Positions 1 to 6,914 of a stretch of DNA of 64,000 bases are shown in pieces. Below the pieces are notes generated by a model. The model had not been told where the DNA came from and ran no database searches. It was given only the letters and a program-made list of their open reading frames with translations. The position numbers and the translations under genes are program-made. The DNA is from an uncultured Elusimicrobia bacterium (lineage in GTDB: Bacteria > Elusimicrobiota > Elusimicrobia > F11), in NCBI GenBank assembly GCA_964405835.1, contig CAYOPN010000001.1, forward strand, positions 51,502-115,501, written 5' to 3'. Position 1 is the first letter of the stretch. Every line of letters begins with the position of its first letter.

Positions 1-268
1 CTTTCTTGGCGAACTTCACAAACGTTGTCACGATCTCCTGTGTGTCCACCGTGTAATTGCGCATGACTTTTTTAAGGACTTTGAACATGCCGATTACCTG
101 GCCGATCGGGTAGTTTACGAGTAATGCGCAGAACGTGCCGCCCAGCACGATGCAGAACGCTTCCGCGTTCAAAAAGGGCGCAAACCCTTTCATGCCTTCC
201 GCGTGGAAGACCGTGAAGAAGACCATGAACCCGCCGATCAAAATTCCCGCAATTGTTCCTATGTCCAT
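1..268 (-). CDS. motA: Flagellar-type stator protein MotA/PomA family, N-terminal fragment (gene continues past the left edge)
   Basis: Manual translation of the minus strand from ATG at 268-266 gives MDIGTIAGILIGGFMVFFTVFHAEGMKGFAPFLNAEAFCIVLGGTFCALLVNYPIGQVIGMFKVLKKVMRNYT..., open to position 1. This is the typical MotA/PomA N-terminus (TM1, short loop, TM2). It starts 10 nt inside the end of flbD, the classic flbD-motA arrangement. It is absent from the ORF track because it has no stop codon in the window. Confidence 0.8.
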   Translation of the reverse strand, partial: MDIGTIAGILIGGFMVFFTVFHAEGMKGFAPFLNAEAFCIVLGGTFCALLVNYPIGQVIGMFKVLKKVMRNYTVDTQEIVTTFVKFAKK

Positions 269-462
269 GACATTTCCTTTTTCTGCTTCGTTTGCCGTTG
301 ATATTCGACGATCTTTTCAATCACGACGTTCGCTTTTTCCAAAACGATGATGTTATTGCCGGTGGTCAATGTGATGACCGTGTCCGGCGCGCTCTCCACC
401 TGCTCTATGAGCTCGGCGTTCAACCAAAACTCGGTGCCGTTAAGCCGCCGAAGACAGATCAT
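259..462 (-). CDS. flbD: FlbD (flagellar/swarming stator-associated small protein)
   Basis: The internal Met of track ORF 259..642 gives the 67-aa product MICLRRLNGTEFWLNAELIEQVESAPDTVITLTTGNNIIVLEKANVVIEKIVEYQRQ.... This matches the FlbD family signature (xRLNGxEFxLNAExIExxExxPDTVITL). The upstream 60 codons of the track ORF are R/S/K-rich and overlap the preceding gene, so the shorter start is preferred. Confidence 0.85.
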   Translation of the reverse strand: MICLRRLNGTEFWLNAELIEQVESAPDTVITLTTGNNIIVLEKANVVIEKIVEYQRQTKQKKEMSWT

Positions 463-3121
463 CTTTGTCCTTGTCTTTTTTCTTGCCTGTATCGATGATC
501 GGCGTATCGAGAAACCGGCCGATCGCCGTGAACAAACCGCCCGGTTTTTTGCCTTCGTACTTCGGGTCGGCCGCGTGCTTGGCCAATTCCCGCTGATAAT
601 GAGCTTCGGCCTGCTGCAAAAGCTCTTGGGCCTCACGCTCAATCTGGGCCCGCGCTTCGCGCGCGCGTTTCAGTTCGTCGCGCATGCTCTCGCTTTCCCA
701 TTTGAGCCGGTCCATTTCTTTCTTGGTTTCTTCCTTGCTCTGCGCCGCGCGCTCTTCCATCTCGGTTTCTTTTTCGCGCATGCGGTCCAAAATTTCGCCC
801 TCCATGTCCTGGCGGAGACGGGCTTCAATCGCGCTCGTGTCAACCGGGGCCGATACCGGCATCTCGGAGCGAACACGTTCTTCGGCTTCCGCGGCGGCTT
901 GGCGTTTCACCTGATCAATTTCGACGCGCTTCTGTTCGAGCAACTTTTCGCGGTCTTCTTTCGCGTGCTGCAGGAATTCTTCATGCTCTTTTTGGAGCTG
1001 CTGGAATTTGCGGTCAACGACGGCCAAACGCGTCTTAAATTCGGCGGTCATGTCGTCTTTGTCGGCGATAATTTGTTTGAGCGCTTTTTCCTTCTCTCTA
1101 AAGATGTCGTCTTTTTTCTCGATTTCTTGAAGTTGGCCGCTGGTGCGCGACAACGCTTCTTTGGCTTTTTCCAACGCCGCGGTCTTTTCGACCAATTCCG
1201 AACGCAAGTCCTCCAGGCTTTGGAGCCCGCGGCCCTGCAATAATTTCTTGTATTCGGCGACTTGGTCCTCCAAAGCGGCTTGTTTCTGGCGCGCAAGCTC
1301 GATTTCATTCTCGAACCCTTGCAGCCGATCGGTCAATTTCTTCACTTCCGCTTCGCGCTGATCCACCTGCGTCTGCGTAAATTCGGCGCTGGCACTGCGT
1401 TGACGCAGTTCTTGCTCGAGGCTGATGCGCGCGTCCTCCGCCTGGTCCAATTTGATCTGCGTGTTCTGCAGCGCTGTATTCAATTCTTTGACTTGGGCTT
1501 CCATGTCCCACTGCGACTGCTTCCAGTCCGCGCGGACCTGGTCGAGTTCCTGCTGTAACGCGACGCTGCTCTGCGTGTTGCCACGGTTCTCATCGGCAAT
1601 ACGTTCGGCATCTTTCAGGCGGGCTTCCATTTTGTTCATTTCGTCCTGGACCTGCATGCGCGCGTGATCGTACTCGCGTTTCACATTGGAGTCGTACCAG
1701 TCGAGCCGTGATTGCAATGTCTTGATGCGCGTGTCCGCTTCCGCCTGGATACGCTGCGCTTCCTCGGCTGCGGCCAGACGTGCATGGCTTAAATCTTTCG
1801 TCAACATTTCGATCTGGTCTTCGTATTTTTTCCGTTGGGCACCGGTCAGGCCCTCGTTTTCCGTGGCGCGGCGGCGCGCGTCTTCCAATGCTTTCTCCTT
1901 CTCCTGCAGGCGGTAATCAAGCTGGTTGATCTGCGCCCGCGCCTGGGACAACTGTTGGTCGACGGAATTGGCATGCACCGTTTTCTCGGTAACGTCGCGC
2001 ATATAGTTCTGGATCTGCGCATTCAGGCTCATCAATTGTTTCTCGGCGGTCTCTTTCTCATTGGCAAGCTGCTGTTTGAGTAAATTATTCTGGGCATCAG
2101 CTTCGCGTTGCAGCGACGTTTTCTCGGCCCGGTGCTGGTCCTCGACCAGTTTCAGCGTGCCTTCCGCGCGCGCGAGCTGGTCCCGAAGAGACTGCCGCTC
2201 CAATAATAGATGGTCTTTTTCCTGACTGAATTTGTCTTTGGCCCGCTCCATTTCCCGGTCGGCCTTGTCCCGCTCGGCCGTCATGGATTTCAGGCGGTCT
2301 TCCCAGAAGGCCTTGTCTTGTTCGGCCTTGATCTGGATCTCATGCCGGACGCGTGTGAGCTCCGCTTCTCTTTCCCTCAGCGCGTTCTCAAGGCCGGACT
2401 TTTCCTGTGACCAGCGGTACTCCAAATCCTTAAGACGGGACGAAAAATGGACCTCCATTTCCTGTGTAATCTGGTCGCGCTGTCCCATCTGGCCTTTGAG
2501 CGTGGCCACCCATGCTTCGCGCTCCTCGGCCATGCGGCGTTCCAAGTCAAGCACGCGACCTTCGGCCTTGCGGCGCGCGTCATCAAGCTCCTGCTCGCGT
2601 TTCTCGCGGCGCAGTTTGTCCTGAATGTCCTTGATGGACGTTTCGACTTTCGCCGAGACGGCTTCCTCTTCTTTTGACCGGAGCGACGCCAACAAAACTT
2701 TTTCACGTTCTTCGAGCAGCTTCTTTTCAAGATCGGCGATCTGCTGCTCCATTTGATTTTTAAGCGAATCGGTCTCCGCTATTTTGTTCCCCAAGGCGGG
2801 CGTGAACGGACCGGTCCCGGCGGGCGGCATCGGCGGAGCAGCCGCAGGAGGCCCTGCTGGCGGACGTGGCGGCATGGCCGGAGGCATTCCCCCTACAGTA
2901 GGCGGTATTGGCGGTTTGGCCGCGGGAGGCATCGGTGGAGTGGCAGGAGCGCCCATGGCCGGCGGTGGAACGGCGGGTTTAGCCATCGGCTTCATGCCGG
3001 GCAATTGCATCCCTCCTCGCGGAGGGACCGGTCCTTTGGGCAGCGACCCCGGTTTCTTCGGGGGCGGATGCGGGGGGCGTGACGGTCCTGGCCCTCCCGG
3101 TTTTTCTTCCGGTTTGTCCAT
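440..3121 (-). CDS. 893-aa protein: Pro-rich N-terminus followed by ~750 aa of E/K/R/Q-rich predicted coiled coil; no signal peptide or TM seen
   Basis: Long ORF. The first ~112 aa are ~40% Pro (PGGPGPSRPPHPPPKKPG...PPAMPPRPPAGPPAAAPPMPPAG). The rest is heptad-like (LEKKLLEEREKVLLASLRSKEEE..., AEVKKLTDRLQGFENEIELARQKQAALEDQVAEYKKLL). The ATG at 3121 lies 1 nt after the stop of the upstream gene, and the 3' end overlaps the flbD start by 23 nt. Confidence 0.8.
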   Translation of the reverse strand: MDKPEEKPGGPGPSRPPHPPPKKPGSLPKGPVPPRGGMQLPGMKPMAKPAVPPPAMGAPATPPMPPAAKPPIPPTVGGMPPAMPPRPPAGPPAAAPPMPPAGTGPFTPALGNKIAETDSLKNQMEQQIADLEKKLLEEREKVLLASLRSKEEEAVSAKVETSIKDIQDKLRREKREQELDDARRKAEGRVLDLERRMAEEREAWVATLKGQMGQRDQITQEMEVHFSSRLKDLEYRWSQEKSGLENALREREAELTRVRHEIQIKAEQDKAFWEDRLKSMTAERDKADREMERAKDKFSQEKDHLLLERQSLRDQLARAEGTLKLVEDQHRAEKTSLQREADAQNNLLKQQLANEKETAEKQLMSLNAQIQNYMRDVTEKTVHANSVDQQLSQARAQINQLDYRLQEKEKALEDARRRATENEGLTGAQRKKYEDQIEMLTKDLSHARLAAAEEAQRIQAEADTRIKTLQSRLDWYDSNVKREYDHARMQVQDEMNKMEARLKDAERIADENRGNTQSSVALQQELDQVRADWKQSQWDMEAQVKELNTALQNTQIKLDQAEDARISLEQELRQRSASAEFTQTQVDQREAEVKKLTDRLQGFENEIELARQKQAALEDQVAEYKKLLQGRGLQSLEDLRSELVEKTAALEKAKEALSRTSGQLQEIEKKDDIFREKEKALKQIIADKDDMTAEFKTRLAVVDRKFQQLQKEHEEFLQHAKEDREKLLEQKRVEIDQVKRQAAAEAEERVRSEMPVSAPVDTSAIEARLRQDMEGEILDRMREKETEMEERAAQSKEETKKEMDRLKWESESMRDELKRAREARAQIEREAQELLQQAEAHYQRELAKHAADPKYEGKKPGGLFTAIGRFLDTPIIDTGKKKDKDKDDLSSAA
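2786..3121 (-). other. Proline-rich low-complexity N-terminal segment of the 893-aa protein
   Basis: Runs of PPxP / PPA / MPP in aa 1-112, read directly from the translation. Confidence 0.8.
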
Positions 3122-3122
3122 A

Positions 3123-4874
3123 TTATGCGGCCTTCTTTATGCCGATTTGGTCCAGGACGCTTTGAACAACCGACATAGCGTCCTGCACTTCGCGTAAAAA
3201 TACCTGCGTCTCTTGCTCTTCATCGCGGTACCAGCGGTCCAAAAACCCGACCTGCGCCGCGATGCCCGACGCTTCCTTCAAAACGTCCGCCTGAGTCTGC
3301 TTCATACGGTCCGTCCAGTCGGAGATCAATGTCTCTAATTCCTTAATCTGGGCGAATAACCTCGTTTTTTCAAGCTCAAACTGGATTTCACGCTGTTTGC
3401 GTTGTCCACCGCTCTTCTCCTGCATCTGCAACAGGTAGCTCTGGACATCGTCCGTGCGTTGGTTGTCGCGTGATTCGGACTCCCCCATTGTGTTCTTCTC
3501 TTTCAAAAATTTCTGCTGGAGCAGTTCAATCTGTTCGTGTAGCGCCACGCGCTCTTTTTTCAAAACGTCCAGCCGCGCCTGCCACAGGGCCCACAGCCGG
3601 TCGCGGCGCCAATGCCAGCGCTGGTTGATGAGCTGTTTCTCTTTTTCGGCGTTGGCGCTGATGCCGGTGTGCCGCGACTTGATGTCGGAAAGGCGTTGTT
3701 TAAGTTCATCGCGTTTGGCCTCAAGACTGCGCAGCGCCGTGCGTGCTTCGCGGTCGACCCGCAAACGTTCGGCGTCGTATTCGGAATCATGGACCGCCTT
3801 CTGCATCATGAGCGAACGGATCTGGTTGTCCCAATGCCATTTGCGCTTCTCGTATTCCTCTTTAAGCCGGGTCAGTTCTTTTTCTTTCGAGGCTTTTTCC
3901 TGTTCGTAAAGTTTCTGTTCGTAGTCACGGCGTTCGGACTCGGCCTTGACCGCGTCTTTGAGCATCAGCTCTTCTTTGAGGAACGCTTCTTCAGTCTCTT
4001 TTTTGACCTTCTCGTGATTGGTTGAAAATTCCTGCAGCTCGCGTTCGGACGCGGTCACTTTTGCGCGCAAGTCCGCCACTTCGGCCTCGCATTTCCGCTG
4101 GTCTTCCTCGGCCTTCTCTACGAGCGTCGCCTTGTCCACATCGAGTTGTTCGCGCGATATTTTCATGGCCAAACGGGCCTGGTCGAGTTCTTTCTCTTTC
4201 TCGCTCTTGATCTCGGTAAGCCGCTTTTCGATATGGTCTTTTTCCGTGGTGATCGCGGTCAACTCCTTCTTGATCGCTTCCAGCGCCATCGCCCAGCCCT
4301 CGCGTTTGGCGTCGGAGCTCTCTTTCAGCTTCTCGAGCTTCTCGGAGGTCATGGAGTTGATCTTGGTCAATTCGTCCTGTGCTTTGTCCCGGGATTCCTT
4401 GACCTTCACTTCCATGTTCTGCCATTCGCGCAAAAGCCCGGCGCGCGTCACGGTCAGATGGCGCATTTTCTCTTGATACATATCGGTCAACGCGCTTTTC
4501 TGACGTTCCAATGAAATCTTTAGGTTGGTCTTTTCCTCGTTGATGCGGGCCAGCTCTGTTTCGTATTTCTTTTCGAGATCGCGGTATTCTTCCTCAAGTC
4601 GTTTGAGCTGTTCGCGGTTCCCGTTTACGTCGCGCTCAAGCCGGTACTTCGCCTGCGAATATTCCTTGCCAGCCTGGTCGAGCTGGGATTTGGTTTGGGT
4701 ATCCAGATTGTTAAATTCGTCGAGTTTCTGTTTTTTTTCAGTGTCCCAATCAGCGACGGCGTGGAGAAACAGCGCTTCAACGGCGCGCGCCTCGCGCTCC
4801 AACAAACGATCGTAGCGCTCGCTCCATTTCTGGAGGCGGGTCAATCTTTGGTCGAGTTCGCCGGAAGGTTTCAT
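3123..4874 (-). CDS. 583-aa predicted coiled-coil protein, no recognisable enzymatic domain
   Basis: Long ORF with charged heptad-like sequence throughout (LKRLEEEYRDLEKKYETELARINEEKTNLKISLERQ...) and two Trp-rich patches (RKWHWDNQIRSL; INQRWHWRRDRLWALWQARLDVL). Its start lies 4 nt after the stop of the FliG-like gene, and its stop lies 1 nt before the next start. Confidence 0.75.
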   Translation of the reverse strand: MKPSGELDQRLTRLQKWSERYDRLLEREARAVEALFLHAVADWDTEKKQKLDEFNNLDTQTKSQLDQAGKEYSQAKYRLERDVNGNREQLKRLEEEYRDLEKKYETELARINEEKTNLKISLERQKSALTDMYQEKMRHLTVTRAGLLREWQNMEVKVKESRDKAQDELTKINSMTSEKLEKLKESSDAKREGWAMALEAIKKELTAITTEKDHIEKRLTEIKSEKEKELDQARLAMKISREQLDVDKATLVEKAEEDQRKCEAEVADLRAKVTASERELQEFSTNHEKVKKETEEAFLKEELMLKDAVKAESERRDYEQKLYEQEKASKEKELTRLKEEYEKRKWHWDNQIRSLMMQKAVHDSEYDAERLRVDREARTALRSLEAKRDELKQRLSDIKSRHTGISANAEKEKQLINQRWHWRRDRLWALWQARLDVLKKERVALHEQIELLQQKFLKEKNTMGESESRDNQRTDDVQSYLLQMQEKSGGQRKQREIQFELEKTRLFAQIKELETLISDWTDRMKQTQADVLKEASGIAAQVGFLDRWYRDEEQETQVFLREVQDAMSVVQSVLDQIGIKKAA

Positions 4875-4878
4875 ATTT

Positions 4879-6759
4879 TTATGCCGCCGGCGCCGCGAGG
4901 CTCACGCGGAATTGTTCGACCCACGCCTGCAGTTCCGGGTTCGGTTCAATGGCCAGGCCCGCATCGTAGGCCGCGAGCGCTTCTTGATATCGGCCGAGCG
5001 CATAGTACGCACCAGCCAGGGCCAGTTGCGCCGCCGCTACCGTCGGATCTTTCTGGGCACTCGCCTCAAACGACGCCAACGCGGCTTCCATGTTGCCCTG
5101 TTCCTGCGCCGCAACGCCAGCGGCGTAATCTTGCGCGGCACCTTCGGGATCGCTCGGCTGATTTTTGGTGCGCAGCGTGCTTAAGTTGATGCCGGTCATG
5201 TCCGCCGAATCAAACGAGGTGCTCTTCTTCGCCTGCCGGAACGAAATTTTCCCTTCGGTCTCCATCACCTTGATCATGTCGATGATTTTGCGGCGCTCTT
5301 CTTCGACCTGGTCTTCGGTCACGGGACGGCCGTAATCCATTTCTTCTTTGAGCAGTGTCACCGCGCCCTGCGACATATTCTCGAAGAATTTGGCTTGAAG
5401 TTCCGGGCTCGCGCCGCGGAGCGCCCGGCCCAATTGTTCGGTCTTTAGTTCCCGCACCACGACCTGCATAGCCACTTTCGGGAAATTCACGATGTCTTCG
5501 AACAACAGCACGCGCTCGCGCACGCGCTCGTAGATACCAGGTTTTTCGTTCTTCAAATACTCAAGTATGTTGTTGCGCGACATGCGGTCCGAGCTTTCCA
5601 GGATCGTGACGAGCTTCTCGAGGCCGCCCACCACGAAGTCAATTTTCTGTTTGATGTCCTCATCGATCGTCTGCACCTGTTCCAGGGAGGTCTGGCGGTA
5701 CATTGCGGTCTCGAGCGCCACTTTGGCTTGGAGGTCGCCGGGCAGCGCTTCCATCACCTTGAACGAATGTTCCGGCGACAGATAGGAAATCACGAGCGCC
5801 ACAATCCATGGCTCCTCGTGATGCAGCAGGTACGCCAGCTGCTTTATATTTTCGTCGTTCACGTATTTAAATGGTTCGAATTTCTTCATGGCTTCCTCCT
5901 CCGCCAACTGCGCTTCCAAAGCCGCCTGCTCCTCCGGCGTCATTCCGTTTTCGCCGTTGGTCTCGTCTTCGCTCTCCGCGTCTGTTTCGTTCTCGGTCTC
6001 GCTCTTGTTTTCCATTTCCACTTTGGATTTGGACTGCTCTTTCATGCCGTCGATGTAGTTCTTCATGAATTCGGCCAATGGGCCGGATAAAAACCGCAGA
6101 AGCATGAACGCTAAAAGAAGCAGGAACAAATACAAAAGCGTTTTTGCGTCCAAGGATCCGATGAGGTTCTTCTTCACCGTTTCTTTCGGATCGTAATTTT
6201 CGGTCTCGGTCAAAAACGACGTGGCTTTAAATATGAGCTTGAGAATGCTGCGATAGCGGTCGAACGCCGATTCCAGCGCGCCTTTGGCCATGTCGACGCG
6301 TTCCGTCGGTACCTTGTCGTCATGGACGACCGTGATGTCGAAGCGTTTCAAAACGGTCTTCATGTCGACGCTGGATTGCTGGGCGGCTTGGTTTTCAACG
6401 GAGAGATCTTTGGGGGTTTCTTCTTTGGAAACGGACTTGGGGGCCGGGACCCAAGGAAGCAGGAAATTGTCGTCGCCAAGGCCGTTCTTCGCATCGCGTT
6501 TTTGATTCAAGGCCGATCCGCCTTTGCGCGTGCTCTCGAGGCCCAACTCCACGTTCACGAGCACGCTGGCGCGGCCCTTGCCCATGATGCTGTCGCAGAT
6601 GGATTGGGCCTTTTGTTCGGAATCTTCTTTTAGGCGGCGTTCTTGATCAAAGACATTTGGGTCCGGGGCCTCGGTTTCGGCTTTTCCAATAGCGCAAAAC
6701 GCCATAAAAATGGCGCTTAAAAACAGCGCGTTTTTGATCCGGACCCCATTTAGTCTCAT
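4879..6759 (-). CDS. Membrane-anchored FliF-like / FliG-like fusion protein with C-terminal TPR domain (626 aa)
   Basis: Layout: aa 10-25 hydrophobic anchor; aa ~26-204 periplasmic segment with FliF/SctJ-like strings (ICDSIMGKGRASVLVNVELGLES; LKRFDITVVHDDKVP...AKGALESAF); aa 205-226 TM (TLLYLFLLLLAFMLLRFL); acidic linker; aa ~296-507 clear FliG middle and C-terminal domains; aa ~540-615 TPR-like (ALASFEASAQKDP...AGAYYALGRYQEALAAYDAGLAIEPNP). FliG strings: FEPFKYVNDENIKQLAYLLHHEEPWIVALVISYLSPEHSFKVMEALPGDLQAKV; LLFEDIVNFPKVAMQVVVRELKTEQLGRALRGASPELQAKFFENMSQGAVTLLKEEMDYGRPVTEDQVEEERRKIIDMIKVMETEGKI. Confidence 0.8.
   Translation of the reverse strand: MRLNGVRIKNALFLSAIFMAFCAIGKAETEAPDPNVFDQERRLKEDSEQKAQSICDSIMGKGRASVLVNVELGLESTRKGGSALNQKRDAKNGLGDDNFLLPWVPAPKSVSKEETPKDLSVENQAAQQSSVDMKTVLKRFDITVVHDDKVPTERVDMAKGALESAFDRYRSILKLIFKATSFLTETENYDPKETVKKNLIGSLDAKTLLYLFLLLLAFMLLRFLSGPLAEFMKNYIDGMKEQSKSKVEMENKSETENETDAESEDETNGENGMTPEEQAALEAQLAEEEAMKKFEPFKYVNDENIKQLAYLLHHEEPWIVALVISYLSPEHSFKVMEALPGDLQAKVALETAMYRQTSLEQVQTIDEDIKQKIDFVVGGLEKLVTILESSDRMSRNNILEYLKNEKPGIYERVRERVLLFEDIVNFPKVAMQVVVRELKTEQLGRALRGASPELQAKFFENMSQGAVTLLKEEMDYGRPVTEDQVEEERRKIIDMIKVMETEGKISFRQAKKSTSFDSADMTGINLSTLRTKNQPSDPEGAAQDYAAGVAAQEQGNMEAALASFEASAQKDPTVAAAQLALAGAYYALGRYQEALAAYDAGLAIEPNPELQAWVEQFRVSLAAPAA
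4915..5142 (-). other. C-terminal TPR-like repeats of the FliG-like protein
   Basis: Ala/Tyr/Leu pattern typical of TPR helices in aa ~540-615. Confidence 0.6.
5239..5874 (-). other. FliG middle + C-terminal (torque-helix) domain region
   Basis: Motif-level match to the FliG_M pattern (EHPQ-type helix here EEPW, then xLPxxLQAxV) and the FliG_C pattern (F.FEDI...; ALKGAS.EL....F.NMS...A..L.EEM...GPV...VE..Q..I). Confidence 0.8.
6082..6732 (-). other. TM1 - periplasmic FliF/SctJ(RBM)-like segment - TM2
   Basis: Two hydrophobic helices bracket ~180 aa whose two conserved-looking strings resemble the start and end of the FliF RBM3 region (xIVGxGxVxVxVxAELDF and IKRLSVAVVVD...). The resemblance was judged by eye only. 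Confidence 0.45.
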
Positions 6760-6836
6760 AAATCTTCAAGAAGTATAAGGGGTGGCAGGAGTGTTTTCCA
6801 TGCTTCAATTGGGGCTGTTTACGTCGGAAGTCAATT

Positions 6837-6910
6837 GTACGGTTGAAGCTTGAGAATTGATGATTGGTACTTTGAATGATCAAGTTTCAATCATCAAGCT
6901 TCAACCGTAC
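6837..6910. promoter_or_regulatory. Long AT-rich imperfect inverted repeat (stem-loop) in the 155-nt gap between the barrel gene and the FliG-like gene
   Basis: gtacggttgaagcttga(gaat)tgatgattg ... tcaatcatcaagcttcaaccgtac: a 17-bp perfect stem plus a 7-bp extension across a 4-nt bulge, with a ~20-nt loop. No U-tract follows it on the transcribed (minus) strand. Confidence 0.5.
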
Positions 6911-6914
6911 AAAC

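Noticed and set aside
72-350. Track ORFs 72..320 (-) and 135..350 (+).
   Set aside because: Their translations are basic and low-complexity. A different minus-strand frame gives a textbook MotA N-terminus (1..268), and flbD occupies 259..462.
347-1243. 298-aa plus-strand ORF, and other plus or alternative-frame ORFs across 440..4874.
   Set aside because: They are antisense or off-frame to two long genes with consistent coiled-coil heptad composition. Their F/L/R-rich translations are typical of the reverse strand of E/K-rich genes.
4879-6759. Alternative reading of the FliG-like protein as an MgtE-type magnesium transporter (the MgtE N-domain shares the FliG-like fold).
   Set aside because: There are no CBS pair and no C-terminal MgtE TM bundle. 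The segment LLFEDI...ALRGASPELQAKFFENMS...LLKEEMDYGRPV is the FliG_C pattern, and flbD/motA lie in the same operon.
6647-6883. 78-aa minus-strand ORF spanning the intergenic hairpin and overlapping the start of the FliG-like gene.
   Set aside because: It has no recognisable features, it overlaps a well-supported gene start, and it consists largely of the inverted-repeat sequence.
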